From the NCBI RefSeq assembly GCF_030013205.1, contig NZ_CP122648.1: 64,000 nt of DNA; one strand, given 5' to 3'. The translations under genes were made by a program, and so were the position numbers. Of the stretch, positions 33,871 through 46,079 are shown in pieces (positions within the stretch are counted from its first letter, which is position 1; each line of letters opens with the position of its first letter). Source of the DNA: Escherichia coli (GTDB lineage Bacteria > Pseudomonadota > Gammaproteobacteria > Enterobacterales > Enterobacteriaceae). The notes below the pieces were generated by a model. That model ran no database searches. It had not been told where the DNA came from and saw nothing but the letters and a program-made list of their open reading frames with translations.

Positions 33871-35103
33871 CTTATTCACCACCATCAAATGCGCCTGCAT
33901 AATGTCGCTGGCCGGACGACCGTGCGCCAGCAAATCAGCCATTGCTTTAAGATATGGCGGTAGATGGCGGAAATAACGCTGATACCCGGCACACAAATAA
34001 TTCAGCCCCGGTTTGCCGCTGGCATCGAGCATAAAGCGGTGTTTCGGACAGCCTCCCCAGCACGCTTTTAACACGTTGCAACTGCGACACTGCGCCGGTA
34101 ACTGCTTAAATTTATCTTCACCAAACACCTGCTGTTGCGGGGAATCTACCATTTCTGCAATTGTCTGCTGAAGCATATTCCCCAGTCGATATTGCGGATA
34201 AACATAGTGATCGCAGGCGTAAACGTCACCGTTGTGCTCAACAATCACCGAGCGCCCACAGGTTGGCTGATGATGGCAAACCGCACCTGGCGCACCAACA
34301 AAATTGGCAAACGCCCATTCGATATTCATCACGAAAATCTTGCCGACGTCGCGTTTGATCCAGTGGTCGAATATCGCCACCAAAAATTCACCGAACTCAT
34401 CGGGGCGTACCGACCATTCCGTCAGTTCGCCCTGAATATCGCCGGGAGCATGTAGCTTAAGTCCAGCATGAGCAGCCGTTTCATCAGCCAGGCGCTCGAC
34501 CACCGGAATAAACTGGATGAACTCAGCGCCTGCATCACACAGAAAATCATAGACTTGCAAAGGTTGTAACGCACTGGTGCGATTAACGCAGACCAGCACG
34601 TTATAGTCGACATGATGTTTTTGCAGGAGCATCAGGGCACGCATCACCAGCTTATGCGTTGGTCTGCCGCCTTTGGTCACGCGATATTGATTGTGGATCT
34701 CAGCCGGACCATCCAGCGATAACCCAACAAGAAAATGATTTTCTGCCAGAAACGCACACCATTCGTCATCAAGCAGAACGCCGTTAGTCTGGAAGCTGTT
34801 ACTTATCTTCCTGCCAGCACCATATTTCGTCTGTAGCGCCACGGCACGGCGGTAAAAATCCAGCCCGAGTAACGTTGGTTCGCCGCCCTGCCAGGTAAAA
34901 GCCACTTCGTTTTGGGTTTCGCTGGCAGCGATATAGTGACGGACATACGCTTCCAGCGTGTCATCGTCCATATGCGTGACTGGCTTTTCGCGGTAAAGGG
35001 ATTGTTTTTCGAGATAAAAACAGTAGTCACAGTTCAGATTACAATCGGAACCGCTCGGTTTCGCCATCACATGAAAAGCACGCGTTGGAACCTGTTGCAG
35101 CAT
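33868..35103 (-). CDS. aslB: anaerobic sulfatase-maturating enzyme homolog (radical SAM)
   Basis: CxxxCxxC radical SAM motif (CNLNCDYC); trimmed to MLQQVPTRAFHV start. Confidence 0.88.
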   Translation of the reverse strand: MLQQVPTRAFHVMAKPSGSDCNLNCDYCFYLEKQSLYREKPVTHMDDDTLEAYVRHYIAASETQNEVAFTWQGGEPTLLGLDFYRRAVALQTKYGAGRKISNSFQTNGVLLDDEWCAFLAENHFLVGLSLDGPAEIHNQYRVTKGGRPTHKLVMRALMLLQKHHVDYNVLVCVNRTSALQPLQVYDFLCDAGAEFIQFIPVVERLADETAAHAGLKLHAPGDIQGELTEWSVRPDEFGEFLVAIFDHWIKRDVGKIFVMNIEWAFANFVGAPGAVCHHQPTCGRSVIVEHNGDVYACDHYVYPQYRLGNMLQQTIAEMVDSPQQQVFGEDKFKQLPAQCRSCNVLKACWGGCPKHRFMLDASGKPGLNYLCAGYQRYFRHLPPYLKAMADLLAHGRPASDIMQAHLMVVNK

Positions 35104-35213
35104 GGTCGCTCCTTGCCTGAAGTCATCCTTCAATAAGTTAAGGGCGAAATCATACCGTGGCGCAATGAGTTATTACGGGCGTTTATTGCGAAGGGAAAGT
35201 GACGAAATGCACA

Positions 35214-35243
35214 GAAAACAAAAAACCCCGCCGAAGCGGGGTT
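35214..35243 (-). terminator. rho-independent terminator of the tRNA operon
   Basis: On minus strand aaccccgcttcggcgggg followed by U run, immediately 3' of proM. Confidence 0.7.
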
Positions 35244-35249
35244 CAAAAT

Positions 35250-35326
35250 TGGTCGGCGAGAGAGGATTCGAACCTCCGACCCACTGGTCCCAAACCAGTT
35301 GCGCTACCAAGCTGCGCTACTCGCCG
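35250..35326 (-). tRNA. proM: tRNA-Pro (anticodon UGG)
   Basis: Reverse complement CGGCGAGTAGCGCAGCTTGGTAGCGCAACTGGTTTGGGACCAGTGGGTCGGAGGTTCGAATCCTCTCTCGCCGACCA. Confidence 0.92.
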
Positions 35327-35368
35327 AAATACTGCTTTTTGAATTTTTAGTTCAATTCTTTAAAGTCG

Positions 35369-35455
35369 TGGTGCGAGGGGGGGGACTTGAACCCCCACGT
35401 CCGTAAGGACACTAACACCTGAAGCTAGCGCGTCTACCAATTCCGCCACCTTCGC
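35369..35455 (-). tRNA. leuT: tRNA-Leu (anticodon CAG)
   Basis: Reverse complement GCGAAGGTGGCGGAATTGGTAGACGCGCTAGCTTCAGGTG...CGCACCA with long variable arm. Confidence 0.92.
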
Positions 35456-35475
35456 ATTGTCACAACTTCTAATAA

Positions 35476-35552
35476 TGGGGTGGCTAATGGGATTCGAACC
35501 CACGACAACTGGAATCACAATCCAGGGCTCTACCAACTGAGCTATAGCCACC
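35476..35552 (-). tRNA. hisR: tRNA-His (anticodon GUG)
   Basis: Reverse complement GGTGGCTATAGCTCAGTTGGTAGAGCCCTGGATTGTGATTCCAGTTGTCGTGGGTTCGAATCCCATTAGCCACCCCA. Confidence 0.92.
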
Positions 35553-35609
35553 ACTACAAATCTTGTTACGCGGTATTACTACCACCGCAGCTCAAGCGCC
35601 GGGACTAAA

Positions 35610-35686
<77 letters not shown>

Positions 35687-35788
35687 TTAGCGCCGTTGCG
35701 GGGGTGGATAATACGGACTTCCCACCCCTCTGTCTAGTCCCTTTTTAAATAAATTGCGCGTTTGGTTACGGTTTGTGCGTTTTGCTGC

Positions 35789-37174
35789 TTATTCCTCCAG
35801 TTTATGCGCTTTACCGTGGCGATTAAGCCCAAAAATTTTATAAATCGCCGTCACCGCCAGCATAAAGATGATGCCGACAAACAGCGACATACGCGTATCT
35901 TCATTAAAGTACATGCCGATCAAAACGCAAATCAGGAATGCCATTGTTACGTAGTTGGCCCACGGGAACAGGATTGAGCGGAACGGATGGCTGGCAATCG
36001 CCGCTTTATGTGCACGCCGAAAACGCAGCTGGCTTATCAATATCACAAACCATGGCACCATCCCCGGAAGCACGCTGGCACTGTAGACGTAGACAAACAC
36101 ACGCTGCGGATTGGGAATGATGTAGTTCAGGCATGAGCCAATTAGCAGAATAGCAATAGATACTGCCACACCCGCAACCGGTACGCCGTGACGGGAAACT
36201 TTCGCCATCGCCGCCGGTAACTGACGGTTTTTCGCCAGTGCGTAGAGCATACGTCCGCAACTGTACATGCCGCTGTTACAGCCAGAGAGCGCAGCCGTCA
36301 GCACCACAAAGTTGATAATACCCGCCGCTGCGGTAATGCCGATTTTGGCGAAAGTCAGTACGAACGGGCTGCCGTTGCTGCCTATTTCATTCCACGGGAA
36401 GATGGTGACGATAACGAAAATCGCGCCTACGTAGAAAATCAGGATTCGCCACAGCACCTTGCCTACGGCACTGCGCAGCGTCACCTGCGGATTCTTCGCT
36501 TCACCGGCAGTAATGCCAATCAGCTCCACGCCCTGGTAGGACGCCACCACAATACACAGCGCGGTCAGGAACCCTTTCCAGCCCCCCGCAAAGAAACCGC
36601 CATGCTCTGTGAGATTGCTAAAACCAATCGACTGCCCGCCATTGCCAAAGCCAAAGAAAATCACGCCCAGGCCAATGACAATCATCACGATAATCGTGGT
36701 GACTTTGATCATCGCGAACCAGAACTCGATTTCGCCGTACAACCGCACCGCCGCCAGATTCGCCAACGCCACCAGCGCCACCGCGATCAATGCGGGTATC
36801 CACTGCGCCATCTCCGGGAACCAGAACTGGACATAAACGCCAATGGCGGTGATTTCTGAGATCCCCACCGCCATCCACATAAACCAGTAAGACCAGGCTG
36901 TGAGATAGCCAAAGAACGGGCTCATATAACGATGCGCATAAACGGCGAACGAACCGGTAACCGGTTCGAGGAATAACATTTCGCCCATTGAACGCATGAT
37001 GAAAAAGACGAACAGCCCGGCGATGATATAGGCCAACAATACGGATGGCCCGGCCCATTTCAGGGTACTGGCGGCCCCCATAAACAGGCCGACGCCAATG
37101 GTGCCCCCCAGGGCGATGAGTTCGATATGTCGAGCTTCCAGCCCACGCTGTAGCTCTGGTTTGTTATCTGCCAT
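35789..37174 (-). CDS. yifK: APC-family amino acid permease
   Basis: 461 aa polytopic membrane protein; flanks the ECA cluster as in E. coli. Confidence 0.88.
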   Translation of the reverse strand: MADNKPELQRGLEARHIELIALGGTIGVGLFMGAASTLKWAGPSVLLAYIIAGLFVFFIMRSMGEMLFLEPVTGSFAVYAHRYMSPFFGYLTAWSYWFMWMAVGISEITAIGVYVQFWFPEMAQWIPALIAVALVALANLAAVRLYGEIEFWFAMIKVTTIIVMIVIGLGVIFFGFGNGGQSIGFSNLTEHGGFFAGGWKGFLTALCIVVASYQGVELIGITAGEAKNPQVTLRSAVGKVLWRILIFYVGAIFVIVTIFPWNEIGSNGSPFVLTFAKIGITAAAGIINFVVLTAALSGCNSGMYSCGRMLYALAKNRQLPAAMAKVSRHGVPVAGVAVSIAILLIGSCLNYIIPNPQRVFVYVYSASVLPGMVPWFVILISQLRFRRAHKAAIASHPFRSILFPWANYVTMAFLICVLIGMYFNEDTRMSLFVGIIFMLAVTAIYKIFGLNRHGKAHKLEE

Positions 37175-37364
37175 AAATCCTCGTGTTGTGTTTGCATGCT
37201 TTCCGGTGTTACCGGTTATCGTTATGGGTACATCGAGTGTTGCGAATGTTTTCGTAATTCAGGAGAAATGGCAAATAAAGCATTAAAAATTTGAATGCTT
37301 TGTGTAATAAAAAAGCAGGAAGGCGACGAAGTGACCACTCCGTCGCTTTACAGAGAGAGGAAAA

Positions 37365-38105
37365 TCAGAGGTTGCCGGTGTAATGCCAGCGTAAATAACG
37401 CAGCAAACGAAGCTGACGCTTAATGCGGCTCGGCTGCGAAAGCAGGCGGTAGAGCCACTCCAGCCCCAGCGTTTGCCAGATTTTCGGTGCGCGTTTCACG
37501 TGACCGGTGAAAACATCGTAAGTCCCGCCAACGCCCATATACAGCGCATCTGGATGCACCAGACGGCAGTCGCGCATGAAGATCTCCTGCTTTGGCGATC
37601 CCATCGCAACGGTGACGATTTGCGCTCCGCTGGCATGAATGCGTTCAAACAGCGCCTGACGCTGCTCGGGTTTAAAATAACCATCCTGGCTGCCAACGAT
37701 ATTCACATTCCACTGGTTGCGCAGTTTAGCTTCAGTTTGCGCCAGCACTTCAGGTTTACCGCCCACAAGAAATACCGGTGTCCCTTCTTTGCCTGCGCGC
37801 GCCATCAGCTCTTCCCAGAGATCCGCCCCGGCAACGCGGGAAACCTGCGCCTGCGGGTACTTTTTACGTACTGAACGTACAACGCTGATGCCATCCGCAT
37901 ATTTAAATTCGGCAGCGTTAATTAACTCCCTGACCTCGGCGTTATCTTCAATGGTCAGCATTTTTTCAGCATTAATGGCAACCAGCGTTCCCTGCTTAAG
38001 CTGCCCGTCAGCGAACAGATAATCGAGGGCGTGCTGCATATCACGCCAACCGATCAACTGTAAGCCACGCAGCGTATAGGTCGGTGCCGTGGTGTTGTTA
38101 TTCAT
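37365..38105 (-). CDS. wecG: UDP-ManNAcA transferase (ECA lipid III synthesis)
   Basis: 246 aa; last gene of the ECA cluster. Confidence 0.88.
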
Positions 38106-38107
38106 TG

Positions 38108-39460
38108 TTATCCTTCAACCTGCGTCCGGAGCGATGATTTTGTTCGTTTATGAATGAGTCCGGCGCTTTCAAAAAGCCAGTACAACAGTTTTGCGATCAT
38201 CAGACATGCGCCGAAGACCACGATAAAAAAGACCACGCGTGAGACAAACGAATCCAGCCCTTCACGTGCCAGCACGATCATATTGAAGATCGCCCCGAAG
38301 CAGAAACTGTGCAATATCGCAGCCTTATAGCGATTAGTCTCGCGGTTGCCCAGCTCATACAGCCAGTCGAACCATTTGATGATCAGGCCAACCACAATCG
38401 CCCCGAGCGGGATGAACAACGCGCCGCCCATCACCACCAGTGAGCCTATAAGCGTAGGCGAGATCGCCAGCCCGGAGTGGTTATTCAGCACTTCCCAGGT
38501 AAAGTAGTTGGCGGTGTTCAGTACCATACTCGGGCGACCCGGCCACAGCCAGGAAGGGATAAAGACATAGAAATCGCGGACAATGGGAGCCAGACCCTGG
38601 AAGTCGATGTTGTCGTAGTTCTGCAACAGCAATGCCAGATTCTCCCACGGCGAAAAGGTATCGCGGGTGAGATAGAGAAACGTATAGAACGCTTCATCAC
38701 CGCTCACATTCATTCCATAGCGTTTTAGCGCCAGCCAGAACATGCCCACAATCCCCAGCACGCCCGCCGCCGCCAGCATCCACAACGAAATCCAGCCGCG
38801 AATAATGCCAATAAACAGGAAGATAGCGAATGCGATGATGATATTGGCACGAGTGCCGCCGACAATCATATAAGTCAGCAAGCCAAAGGCGACCGTGCTG
38901 ACGAGGAAAAACAGCCACGCTTTGCTGTCCTGGCGCAGAAAGTAGACCACCAGCATCGCCGGGATGAAAAAGTAAAAGAAGCGTTTTAACGCCACGCCGG
39001 AGACTTCACTGGAGAAGATCTGACTGTAGGAGTTAAGCCGGAACAGCAAAAAGCCGTTGTGCATGAAGAAGATGCCGACGCTTACCAGCGCGACGCCCAT
39101 CAGGATCACCCACGTGAGATTGGTCTCCACGCGGTTCATGGTAAACAGCGGACGGCGCGGTACATCGGCAACGCGTTTGCGTAGGCGGGTTTTGTAGGTG
39201 ACGTAGTAAACCGCGTAGAAGCAGCCCGCAGAAAGCAACGCCTGCAACAAGATTTCTGGCGGCGCGACACCAACATCAAAGCGAAATACCAGCACGCTGG
39301 TCAGCGGGAAGCCGAAGAAAAAGGTGAGCAAAAACAGCAATGAAAAGAAGACATTGAAGTTAAAACGCACACGGCGAAACTCAAACCAGGTCAGCGTGGC
39401 AATAAACAGCGTGCAGAGCAGCCAGACAACAAACAGGCCACTGAATTGCAGCAGACTCAT
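38108..39460 (-). CDS. wzyE: ECA polymerase
   Basis: 450 aa polytopic membrane protein. Confidence 0.88.
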
Positions 39461-40536
39461 GCAACCTCCCCGGCGGCAATCGCCAACGCCCGCTGCCAGC
39501 CTTGCAGATAGTTCGGGCTAAAGAAGGCAATGGTGTTTTTATCCACCGACGCCAACTGGCGCTGCGCTTCACGCACAATATCCTCGTTGAGATCGTCGGT
39601 AGTAAACAGCACCGGCAAATGCTGTTCCGTCATATCCTGCCAGAACGGATTTTCCCGGTTAAGCACACAAGGAATGCCCGCCTGAATTAGTAAGCACAGC
39701 GTACCAATGCCCTGCTGGCGGGCAAAAATAAAGTAACCAAGATCGCACTGACGAAGTAGCGCCAGATAGGCGTCAAATTCCAGTTTTTCGTTCAGAATTT
39801 GCAGATTTTCTTCGCTGAATAACGCCAGCCCCGCCTGACGAACTTCCTCGATGTACGCTTCGTTATTAGGCGGATATCCCATCGGCACCACCACTTTTAC
39901 CGTATCGCCAAATTGCTGATGAACGGCGCGCAAGGCAGCAATATGCTCATTGCTGCGGTCGCCGGAGTTCCCCACCAGAATGGTCATTTTCCCTTTACGT
40001 TGCCGATCATTCGCCATCATATTGAGTGAAGGGTCCATCCGCGTCGGGAAGTACAGCAGTTCGCCCCGCACCTTTGGATGCGTTTTGGCAAAAAAGCTCA
40101 AATCGCCGCGGGTGGCAAATACACAGCCGACTCGCTTTTGCGCCAGGCGACGTAGTGGGTAAAAAAGCTTATATCTCAAGCCACTGGAAAGCTCGTACAG
40201 GTCTGCCCCCCAGATATGCCAGTAAAACTGGCTGGGCTTAATGCCACCACTCAGCAGAGCCAGCCACAGTGTGGGATTGAACTGACCGTGGAAGAAAAAA
40301 CGCTGCTGACGGTTAGCTTTTGCTTTCGCGATGACCGCTTCCGCCAGCGATTTTTTCCCAGGGAAAAATTGCACAGAAAGCGCCGGACAGCTATCACTTA
40401 AGCCGTCGTCCTTGCCAACAACCATAAACTCGCGCGCGTGCTCGCTCGTCGCGGCCAGCGCGTCGTTGAAAAACCGCAGAACGGTTCGGTTATGGTGAGG
40501 GATATCCGATCCCAGTACGTGAATCAGTACAGTCAT
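39457..40536 (-). CDS. wecF: TDP-Fuc4NAc:lipid II transferase
   Basis: 359 aa; overlaps neighbours by 4 bp. Confidence 0.88.
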   Translation of the reverse strand: MTVLIHVLGSDIPHHNRTVLRFFNDALAATSEHAREFMVVGKDDGLSDSCPALSVQFFPGKKSLAEAVIAKAKANRQQRFFFHGQFNPTLWLALLSGGIKPSQFYWHIWGADLYELSSGLRYKLFYPLRRLAQKRVGCVFATRGDLSFFAKTHPKVRGELLYFPTRMDPSLNMMANDRQRKGKMTILVGNSGDRSNEHIAALRAVHQQFGDTVKVVVPMGYPPNNEAYIEEVRQAGLALFSEENLQILNEKLEFDAYLALLRQCDLGYFIFARQQGIGTLCLLIQAGIPCVLNRENPFWQDMTEQHLPVLFTTDDLNEDIVREAQRQLASVDKNTIAFFSPNYLQGWQRALAIAAGEVA

Positions 40537-41783
40537 GCCCGCCTACGCCAGAGTAAAAACACGCCACAACAAAGAGAAAAATAGACGATATAGGTTGCCA
40601 TATAGGCCTGCGCCGCGCCCAGTGCACCATGCGCAGGGATTAGCCAGTGGGCAAATACCATCAATAAAGTGAACTGGCTGACTTCCGCCAGAATATAAAA
40701 CCGCAGTGACGCTTTGGCGATCACCAGATAACCAAAGACATAAGCGCCCACTTTTAACACATCACCCACTAACTGCCAGGCAAAGAGATCGCGCATAGCG
40801 GTAAATTTATTCGACAACAGCAGCCAGATAGCAAAATCACGCAGCAACCAGACGGTAAAACTCGCCGCCGCCACTGCCGGTAAGACGAATTTCAGCGATT
40901 TAACCACTTCCCGGGTGATATCGCGCTTTTCCGTTAGCCGCGACAACGTGGGCAGCAAATATACGCTGAACGATGCCGTAATAAATTGCAGGTAGGCATC
41001 GGAAATACTGCTCACCCCTTGCCAGATCCCCACCTCATCCCAGCTATACTGCGCCGCCAGCAGTTTACGCATCATGATGTAAGCAACAGGCAAGGTCACC
41101 GACGTAATCAACGCCATGAGCGTAAATTTGCTCAACTGCCCTGCCAGGCCGTTATCCCAGCTGGGTTTCAGATAGCTTAACGGGATTGCACCACGCTTAA
41201 TTAGCATGATGACGGCAGGAATCACCACCAGCGCGGGAATCAGCGCCAGACCCAGCAACGCCCCTTCATAACCGCCCAAACGGTAACTGACGTAGTACGC
41301 AAAAACGCCAATCAAGCTGCCGACAATCAGGGATAACGCATTACCTGCGGCATCGCGAAAGCCTTTCATCAACGCCAGTAACAGGTTGCCCCAGGCAATC
41401 CCCATTTGCACCAGCGCCACTAAACGCACCAGTCCCTGATAGTCGGTATTACCAAACAATCCCTGGCTGATTGGCGCTGCTGCCAGCACAAAAACCAGCG
41501 CCATTAGCGTAGAGAAGCCAAGTACCATCGCTGATGAAGTGCCGACCACGCGGCGCAGCTGTTGGGGATTATCATGGTACTGAGCAACGTATTTGGTTAC
41601 GCCATTAAAGATGCCAGCCCCGGCAAGCACGCCGAGCACGGTAATCAACTGGCGGAAATTTGCCGCCAGCCCAAGCCCCGCCGGACCAAATGACACCGCC
41701 AGCAACTTACCGACCAGTAACCCGGCACCAATCTTGACCAGTGTACTGGCCGCCGTCCACAAGGACGCTTTTGCCAACGACAT
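40533..41783 (-). CDS. wzxE: ECA lipid III flippase
   Basis: 416 aa polytopic membrane protein. Confidence 0.88.
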   Translation of the reverse strand: MSLAKASLWTAASTLVKIGAGLLVGKLLAVSFGPAGLGLAANFRQLITVLGVLAGAGIFNGVTKYVAQYHDNPQQLRRVVGTSSAMVLGFSTLMALVFVLAAAPISQGLFGNTDYQGLVRLVALVQMGIAWGNLLLALMKGFRDAAGNALSLIVGSLIGVFAYYVSYRLGGYEGALLGLALIPALVVIPAVIMLIKRGAIPLSYLKPSWDNGLAGQLSKFTLMALITSVTLPVAYIMMRKLLAAQYSWDEVGIWQGVSSISDAYLQFITASFSVYLLPTLSRLTEKRDITREVVKSLKFVLPAVAAASFTVWLLRDFAIWLLLSNKFTAMRDLFAWQLVGDVLKVGAYVFGYLVIAKASLRFYILAEVSQFTLLMVFAHWLIPAHGALGAAQAYMATYIVYFSLCCGVFLLWRRRA

Positions 41784-41784
41784 A

Positions 41785-42915
41785 TCAGGAGAAGTAGTTC
41801 AACAAAGTCGCAATTACCGTACGCTGATTGACGGGCGACAGGTTGTAGAACAGCGGCAGGCGCAGCAGGCGCTCACTCTCTTTGGTGGTGTAGCGATCTT
41901 CACCGTGGAACTCACCAAAGCGTTCCCCCGCAGGGCAACCGTGCAGCGGAATGTAATGGAACACCGCCATGATTTCCGCTTCTTTCAGAAAGTTAATCAA
42001 CGCGCTCCGGTCATCAATATCCCGCAGTTTAATGTAGAACATATGCGCGTTCTGCACGCAGCCATCGGGAATCGACGGCAGCTCGATACGCCCGGCTTTC
42101 GCCAGAGGTGCTAACGCATCGTAGTAGTTTTGCCACAGCGCCAGACGTTGCTGATTGATACGATCTGCTGCTTCCAGTTGCGCCCACAGGTACGCAGCTT
42201 GCAGATCGGACATCAAATAGCTGGAGCCGATATCGCGCCAGGTATATTTATCGACCTGACCACGGAAGAACTGGCTGCGGTTTGTGCCTTTTTCACGGAT
42301 GATCTCGGCTCGTTCGATCAACGCTTTATCGTTAATCAGCGTCGCGCCGCCTTCACCGCCCGCCGTGTAGTTTTTGGTTTCATGGAAGCTAAAGCAGCCA
42401 ATATGACCAATGGTTCCCAGTGCACGCCCTTTGTAAGTGGACATCACGCCCTGAGCAGCATCTTCCACCACAAACAGATTATGCTTTTTCGCCAACGCCA
42501 TAATGGTGTCCATTTCGCAGGCCACACCCGCGTAATGGACCGGCACGATAACGCGCGTTTTGTCGGTGATCGCTGCTTCAATCAACGTTTCGTCGATGTT
42601 CATGGTGTCCGGGCGAACATCCACAAAAACGATTTTTGCGCCACGCAGCACAAAGGCATTGGCAGTGGAGACAAAGGTGTAGCTCGGCATGATCACTTCA
42701 TCGCCAGGCTGGATATCGAGCAGCAGCGCCGCCATCTCCAGCGAAGCGGTGCAGGACGGCGTCAGTAACACTTTGGCGCTGCCAAAACGTTGCTCCAGCC
42801 ACTGCTGGCAGCGACGGGTAAAACCGCCATCGCCACACAGTTTGCCGCTACCCATTGCCGACTGCATATAGTCGAGTTCGGTTCCCACCACCGGCGGTGC
42901 GTTAAATGGAATCAT
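41785..42915 (-). CDS. wecE: TDP-4-keto-6-deoxy-D-glucose aminotransferase (DegT/ArnB family)
   Basis: 376 aa; PLP-dependent aminotransferase features. Confidence 0.9.
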   Translation of the reverse strand: MIPFNAPPVVGTELDYMQSAMGSGKLCGDGGFTRRCQQWLEQRFGSAKVLLTPSCTASLEMAALLLDIQPGDEVIMPSYTFVSTANAFVLRGAKIVFVDVRPDTMNIDETLIEAAITDKTRVIVPVHYAGVACEMDTIMALAKKHNLFVVEDAAQGVMSTYKGRALGTIGHIGCFSFHETKNYTAGGEGGATLINDKALIERAEIIREKGTNRSQFFRGQVDKYTWRDIGSSYLMSDLQAAYLWAQLEAADRINQQRLALWQNYYDALAPLAKAGRIELPSIPDGCVQNAHMFYIKLRDIDDRSALINFLKEAEIMAVFHYIPLHGCPAGERFGEFHGEDRYTTKESERLLRLPLFYNLSPVNQRTVIATLLNYFS

Positions 42916-42919
42916 GTGA

Positions 42920-43594
42920 TCACCTGTATAACCAGTACGCGGTGCTTTCTACATTCGCACCACTTTGTATGTATCGTTTAAGCGCGGCGGTGTTGCCCAT
43001 CTGGGTCGCCACCCGCAAAGTTGTTTTACCGCGAGCATACGCCCAGTTTAGCGCCGTTTGCATCAGCTCAGCACCTGCACCGCGTCCAGCCAGCAGGCCA
43101 ATTCGCGCATCTGTCGCATTGAGTTCCCGTAAAGAGACATAGCCGCGAATAGCGCCGGACGCCGCACGTAAAATCAGACATTGATGATCAAAGGTGCCGC
43201 GCACGGCATTTTCAATCCACTGTGCATAAAAGCGACCGCTGGCGTCAGGCGCATACCACGGCGCACGAAAACGGCTTTGCGCAAATGCGGCGCTGGCTAA
43301 CTGACGTAATGCGGGAATATCTGTCTCTTGTGCCACTTCTGCGCCGCTATCACCGACATTGTTCACGGGTAGCGCCAAATCAACTTCACCTTCTACCAGG
43401 GAGAATCCCAGCTGTTGCAGGGCATCCAGTTCACCCGTATTTGATGCCGCAATTTTGGCCTGCACCCGTGACCACGGCGCTAACGCGTCTGGCGTCAGGA
43501 GCGGTGCTTCAGACGTAATGCGCACAATGGCGCTGTTAACACCAAAGAAGGCGTTTTCCCAGGTTAGTGGCTCAATACTGGCGCGGACGGGCAT
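42920..43594 (-). CDS. wecD: TDP-fucosamine N-acetyltransferase (GNAT)
   Basis: 224 aa; GNAT-type motif region [19 protein letters not shown]. Confidence 0.85.
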   Translation of the reverse strand: MPVRASIEPLTWENAFFGVNSAIVRITSEAPLLTPDALAPWSRVQAKIAASNTGELDALQQLGFSLVEGEVDLALPVNNVGDSGAEVAQETDIPALRQLASAAFAQSRFRAPWYAPDASGRFYAQWIENAVRGTFDHQCLILRAASGAIRGYVSLRELNATDARIGLLAGRGAGAELMQTALNWAYARGKTTLRVATQMGNTAALKRYIQSGANVESTAYWLYR

Positions 43595-43634
43595 TGTGTG
43601 ACTCCCTCAAAACAGTCATTCACGGTAATCAGTA

Positions 43635-44897
43635 TCAGCGCCAGACTCCTTTAGCATCGACGACATATTGCTGACGAACGTTGTCGCCGCTGATGGCTTT
43701 GAACTGGATATGATCGACCAGCATCACCAGCACGTCTGCCGTTGCCAGCGCCTCGTCAAGCTGCGCCAGAGTACAAAGCCCGGTCAGTTTTTTCGGCAAC
43801 TGGTGGATGTTAGGCTCAACAACCAGCGTTTCGCCGCTATGCCACTGGGCGATCAGTTCAGCGATTTCCATCGCCGGGCTTTCGCGCAGGTCATCAATAT
43901 TCGGTTTAAACGCCAGACCAAAGCAGGCGATTTTCAGTTCACTGGCGCGTTTATCGGTAGCAGCAAGGCAGTCGGCAACCGCCGCTTTCACCTGATCGAT
44001 AACCCAGAACGGTTTGTGATCGTTCACTTCGCGCGCAGTACGGATAAGCCGCGCCTGCTGGGGGTTCTGTGCCACGATAAACCACGGATCAACAGCGATG
44101 CAGTGACCGCCCACGCCAGGGCCAGGCTGAAGAATATTGACGCGAGGGTGGCGATTCGCCAGGCGAATCAGTTCCCAGACGTTAATTCCCTGATCGGCAC
44201 AAATCAGCGACAGTTCGTTAGCAAAAGCGATATTCACATCGCGGAAGCTGTTTTCGGTGAGCTTACACATTTCCGCCGTCCGCGAGTTAGTGACGACACA
44301 CTCACCTTCGAGGAAAATTTTGTACAGTTCGCTGGCGCGGGCCGAACAAACCGGCGTCATACCACCAATCACGCGATCGTTTTTAATCAGCTCGACCATT
44401 ACCTGGCCCGGTAACACGCGTTCCGGGCAGTAAGCAATGTTGACGTCCGCCTGCTCGCCCACCTGCTGCGGGAAAGTGAGATCTGGACGCATCTCTGCTA
44501 ACCATTCTGCCATCTTCTCGGTTGACCCCACCGGCGAGGTGGATTCAAGGATCACCAGCGCGCCTTTTTTCAGCACTGGCGCAATGGAGCGAGCAGCCGA
44601 TTCAACGTAGGTCATATCTGGCTCATGATCGCCTTTAAACGGCGTGGGTACAGCAATCAGCCAGGCATCCGCTTCAACTGGCGTCGTGCTCGCTCGTAAA
44701 AAACCGCCTTCTACGGCAGTTTTTACTACGCTCGCCAAATCAGGTTCGACGATATGGATTTCGCCACGATTGATGGTATCAACCGCATGTTTGTTGATAT
44801 CGACACCAATCACCTGTTTTTGCCGAGAGGCAAACGCAGCTGCTGTAGGCAGCCCGATGTAACCCAGTCCGATAACAGAAATGGTCGCAAAACTCAT
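43635..44897 (-). CDS. wecC: UDP-ManNAc dehydrogenase
   Basis: 420 aa; N-terminal Rossmann motif GLGYIGLP. Confidence 0.92.
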   Translation of the reverse strand: MSFATISVIGLGYIGLPTAAAFASRQKQVIGVDINKHAVDTINRGEIHIVEPDLASVVKTAVEGGFLRASTTPVEADAWLIAVPTPFKGDHEPDMTYVESAARSIAPVLKKGALVILESTSPVGSTEKMAEWLAEMRPDLTFPQQVGEQADVNIAYCPERVLPGQVMVELIKNDRVIGGMTPVCSARASELYKIFLEGECVVTNSRTAEMCKLTENSFRDVNIAFANELSLICADQGINVWELIRLANRHPRVNILQPGPGVGGHCIAVDPWFIVAQNPQQARLIRTAREVNDHKPFWVIDQVKAAVADCLAATDKRASELKIACFGLAFKPNIDDLRESPAMEIAELIAQWHSGETLVVEPNIHQLPKKLTGLCTLAQLDEALATADVLVMLVDHIQFKAISGDNVRQQYVVDAKGVWR

Positions 44898-46024
44898 AGT
44901 GATATCCGATTATTTTTTAACGCTTCCAGAATGCGAGAGCATGCCTGACCATCACCATACGGGTTATGGGCGCGGCTCATAGCTTGATATTCGTTTTCGT
45001 CTTTTAAAAGACGCGTCACTTCCTCGACAATTCGCTGCTTATCCGTGCCTACCAGACGCACCGTACCCGCCGTCACCGCTTCCGGACGCTCAGTGGTATC
45101 GCGCATTACCAGCACCGGTTTCCCCAGCGAAGGCGCTTCTTCCTGAATGCCGCCTGAGTCGGTCAAAATCAGCCAGGCGTGGTTCATCAGCCAGACAAAC
45201 GGTAAATACTCCTGGGGATCGATCAGAATGACATTTTTCACGTGCCCCAGAATGCGATTGACCGGCTCTCTGACGTTCGGGTTGAGATGCACTGGATAGA
45301 CAATCTGGATGTCCTGGTGCGTGGTGGCGATGTCTGCCAGCGCATGGCAGATTTCTTCAAAGCCACGACCGAAGCTCTCACGCCTGTGACCGGTCACCAG
45401 AATCATTTTTTTATTGGGGTCGATAAACGGGTAATTTGCCGCCAGTTCTGAACGCAGCGTATCGCTGCTCATCACCTGGTCACGCACCCATAACAGTGCA
45501 TCAATAACTGTATTACCGGTAATGAAGATTCGGCTGTCAGCAACATTTTCACGCAGCAAGTTTTGCCGGGAAGTTTCGGTTGGAGAGAAGTGATACATCG
45601 CCAGATGCCCGGTCAATGTACGGTTAGCCTCTTCCGGCCACGGCGAATAGAGATCGCCCGTGCGCAGACCAGCCTCAACGTGACCAACAGGAATACGCTG
45701 ATAAAACGCCGCCAGGCTGGTTGCCAGCGTCGTCGTTGTGTCGCCGTGAACCAGCACGACGTCTGGTTTGAACTCGGCAAGAATAGGTTTTAGCCCTTCC
45801 AGAATCCGACAGGTTATCTCTGTCAGGCCCTGTCCTGGCTGCATTATGTTGAGATCGTAGTCAGGTACAATGGAAAAGAGTTTCAGCACCTGATCGAGCA
45901 TCTCCCGATGCTGCGCAGTGACGCAAACTTTAGCCTCAAAAAAAGGATCTTTTGCCAACGCATGCACCAACGGAGCCATCTTGATGGCTTCCGGGCGCGT
46001 ACCAAATACAGTCAGTACTTTCAC
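44894..46024 (-). CDS. wecB: UDP-GlcNAc 2-epimerase
   Basis: ORF track starts at 46066; trimmed to GTG start at 46024 giving [18 protein letters not shown] (376 aa). Confidence 0.88.
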   Translation of the reverse strand: MKVLTVFGTRPEAIKMAPLVHALAKDPFFEAKVCVTAQHREMLDQVLKLFSIVPDYDLNIMQPGQGLTEITCRILEGLKPILAEFKPDVVLVHGDTTTTLATSLAAFYQRIPVGHVEAGLRTGDLYSPWPEEANRTLTGHLAMYHFSPTETSRQNLLRENVADSRIFITGNTVIDALLWVRDQVMSSDTLRSELAANYPFIDPNKKMILVTGHRRESFGRGFEEICHALADIATTHQDIQIVYPVHLNPNVREPVNRILGHVKNVILIDPQEYLPFVWLMNHAWLILTDSGGIQEEAPSLGKPVLVMRDTTERPEAVTAGTVRLVGTDKQRIVEEVTRLLKDENEYQAMSRAHNPYGDGQACSRILEALKNNRISL

Positions 46025-46079
46025 ATCGATTCTCTTCGAATAAGCGGCGAGCGCCTTTGCGCTCACCGCAGCAGTGTTG

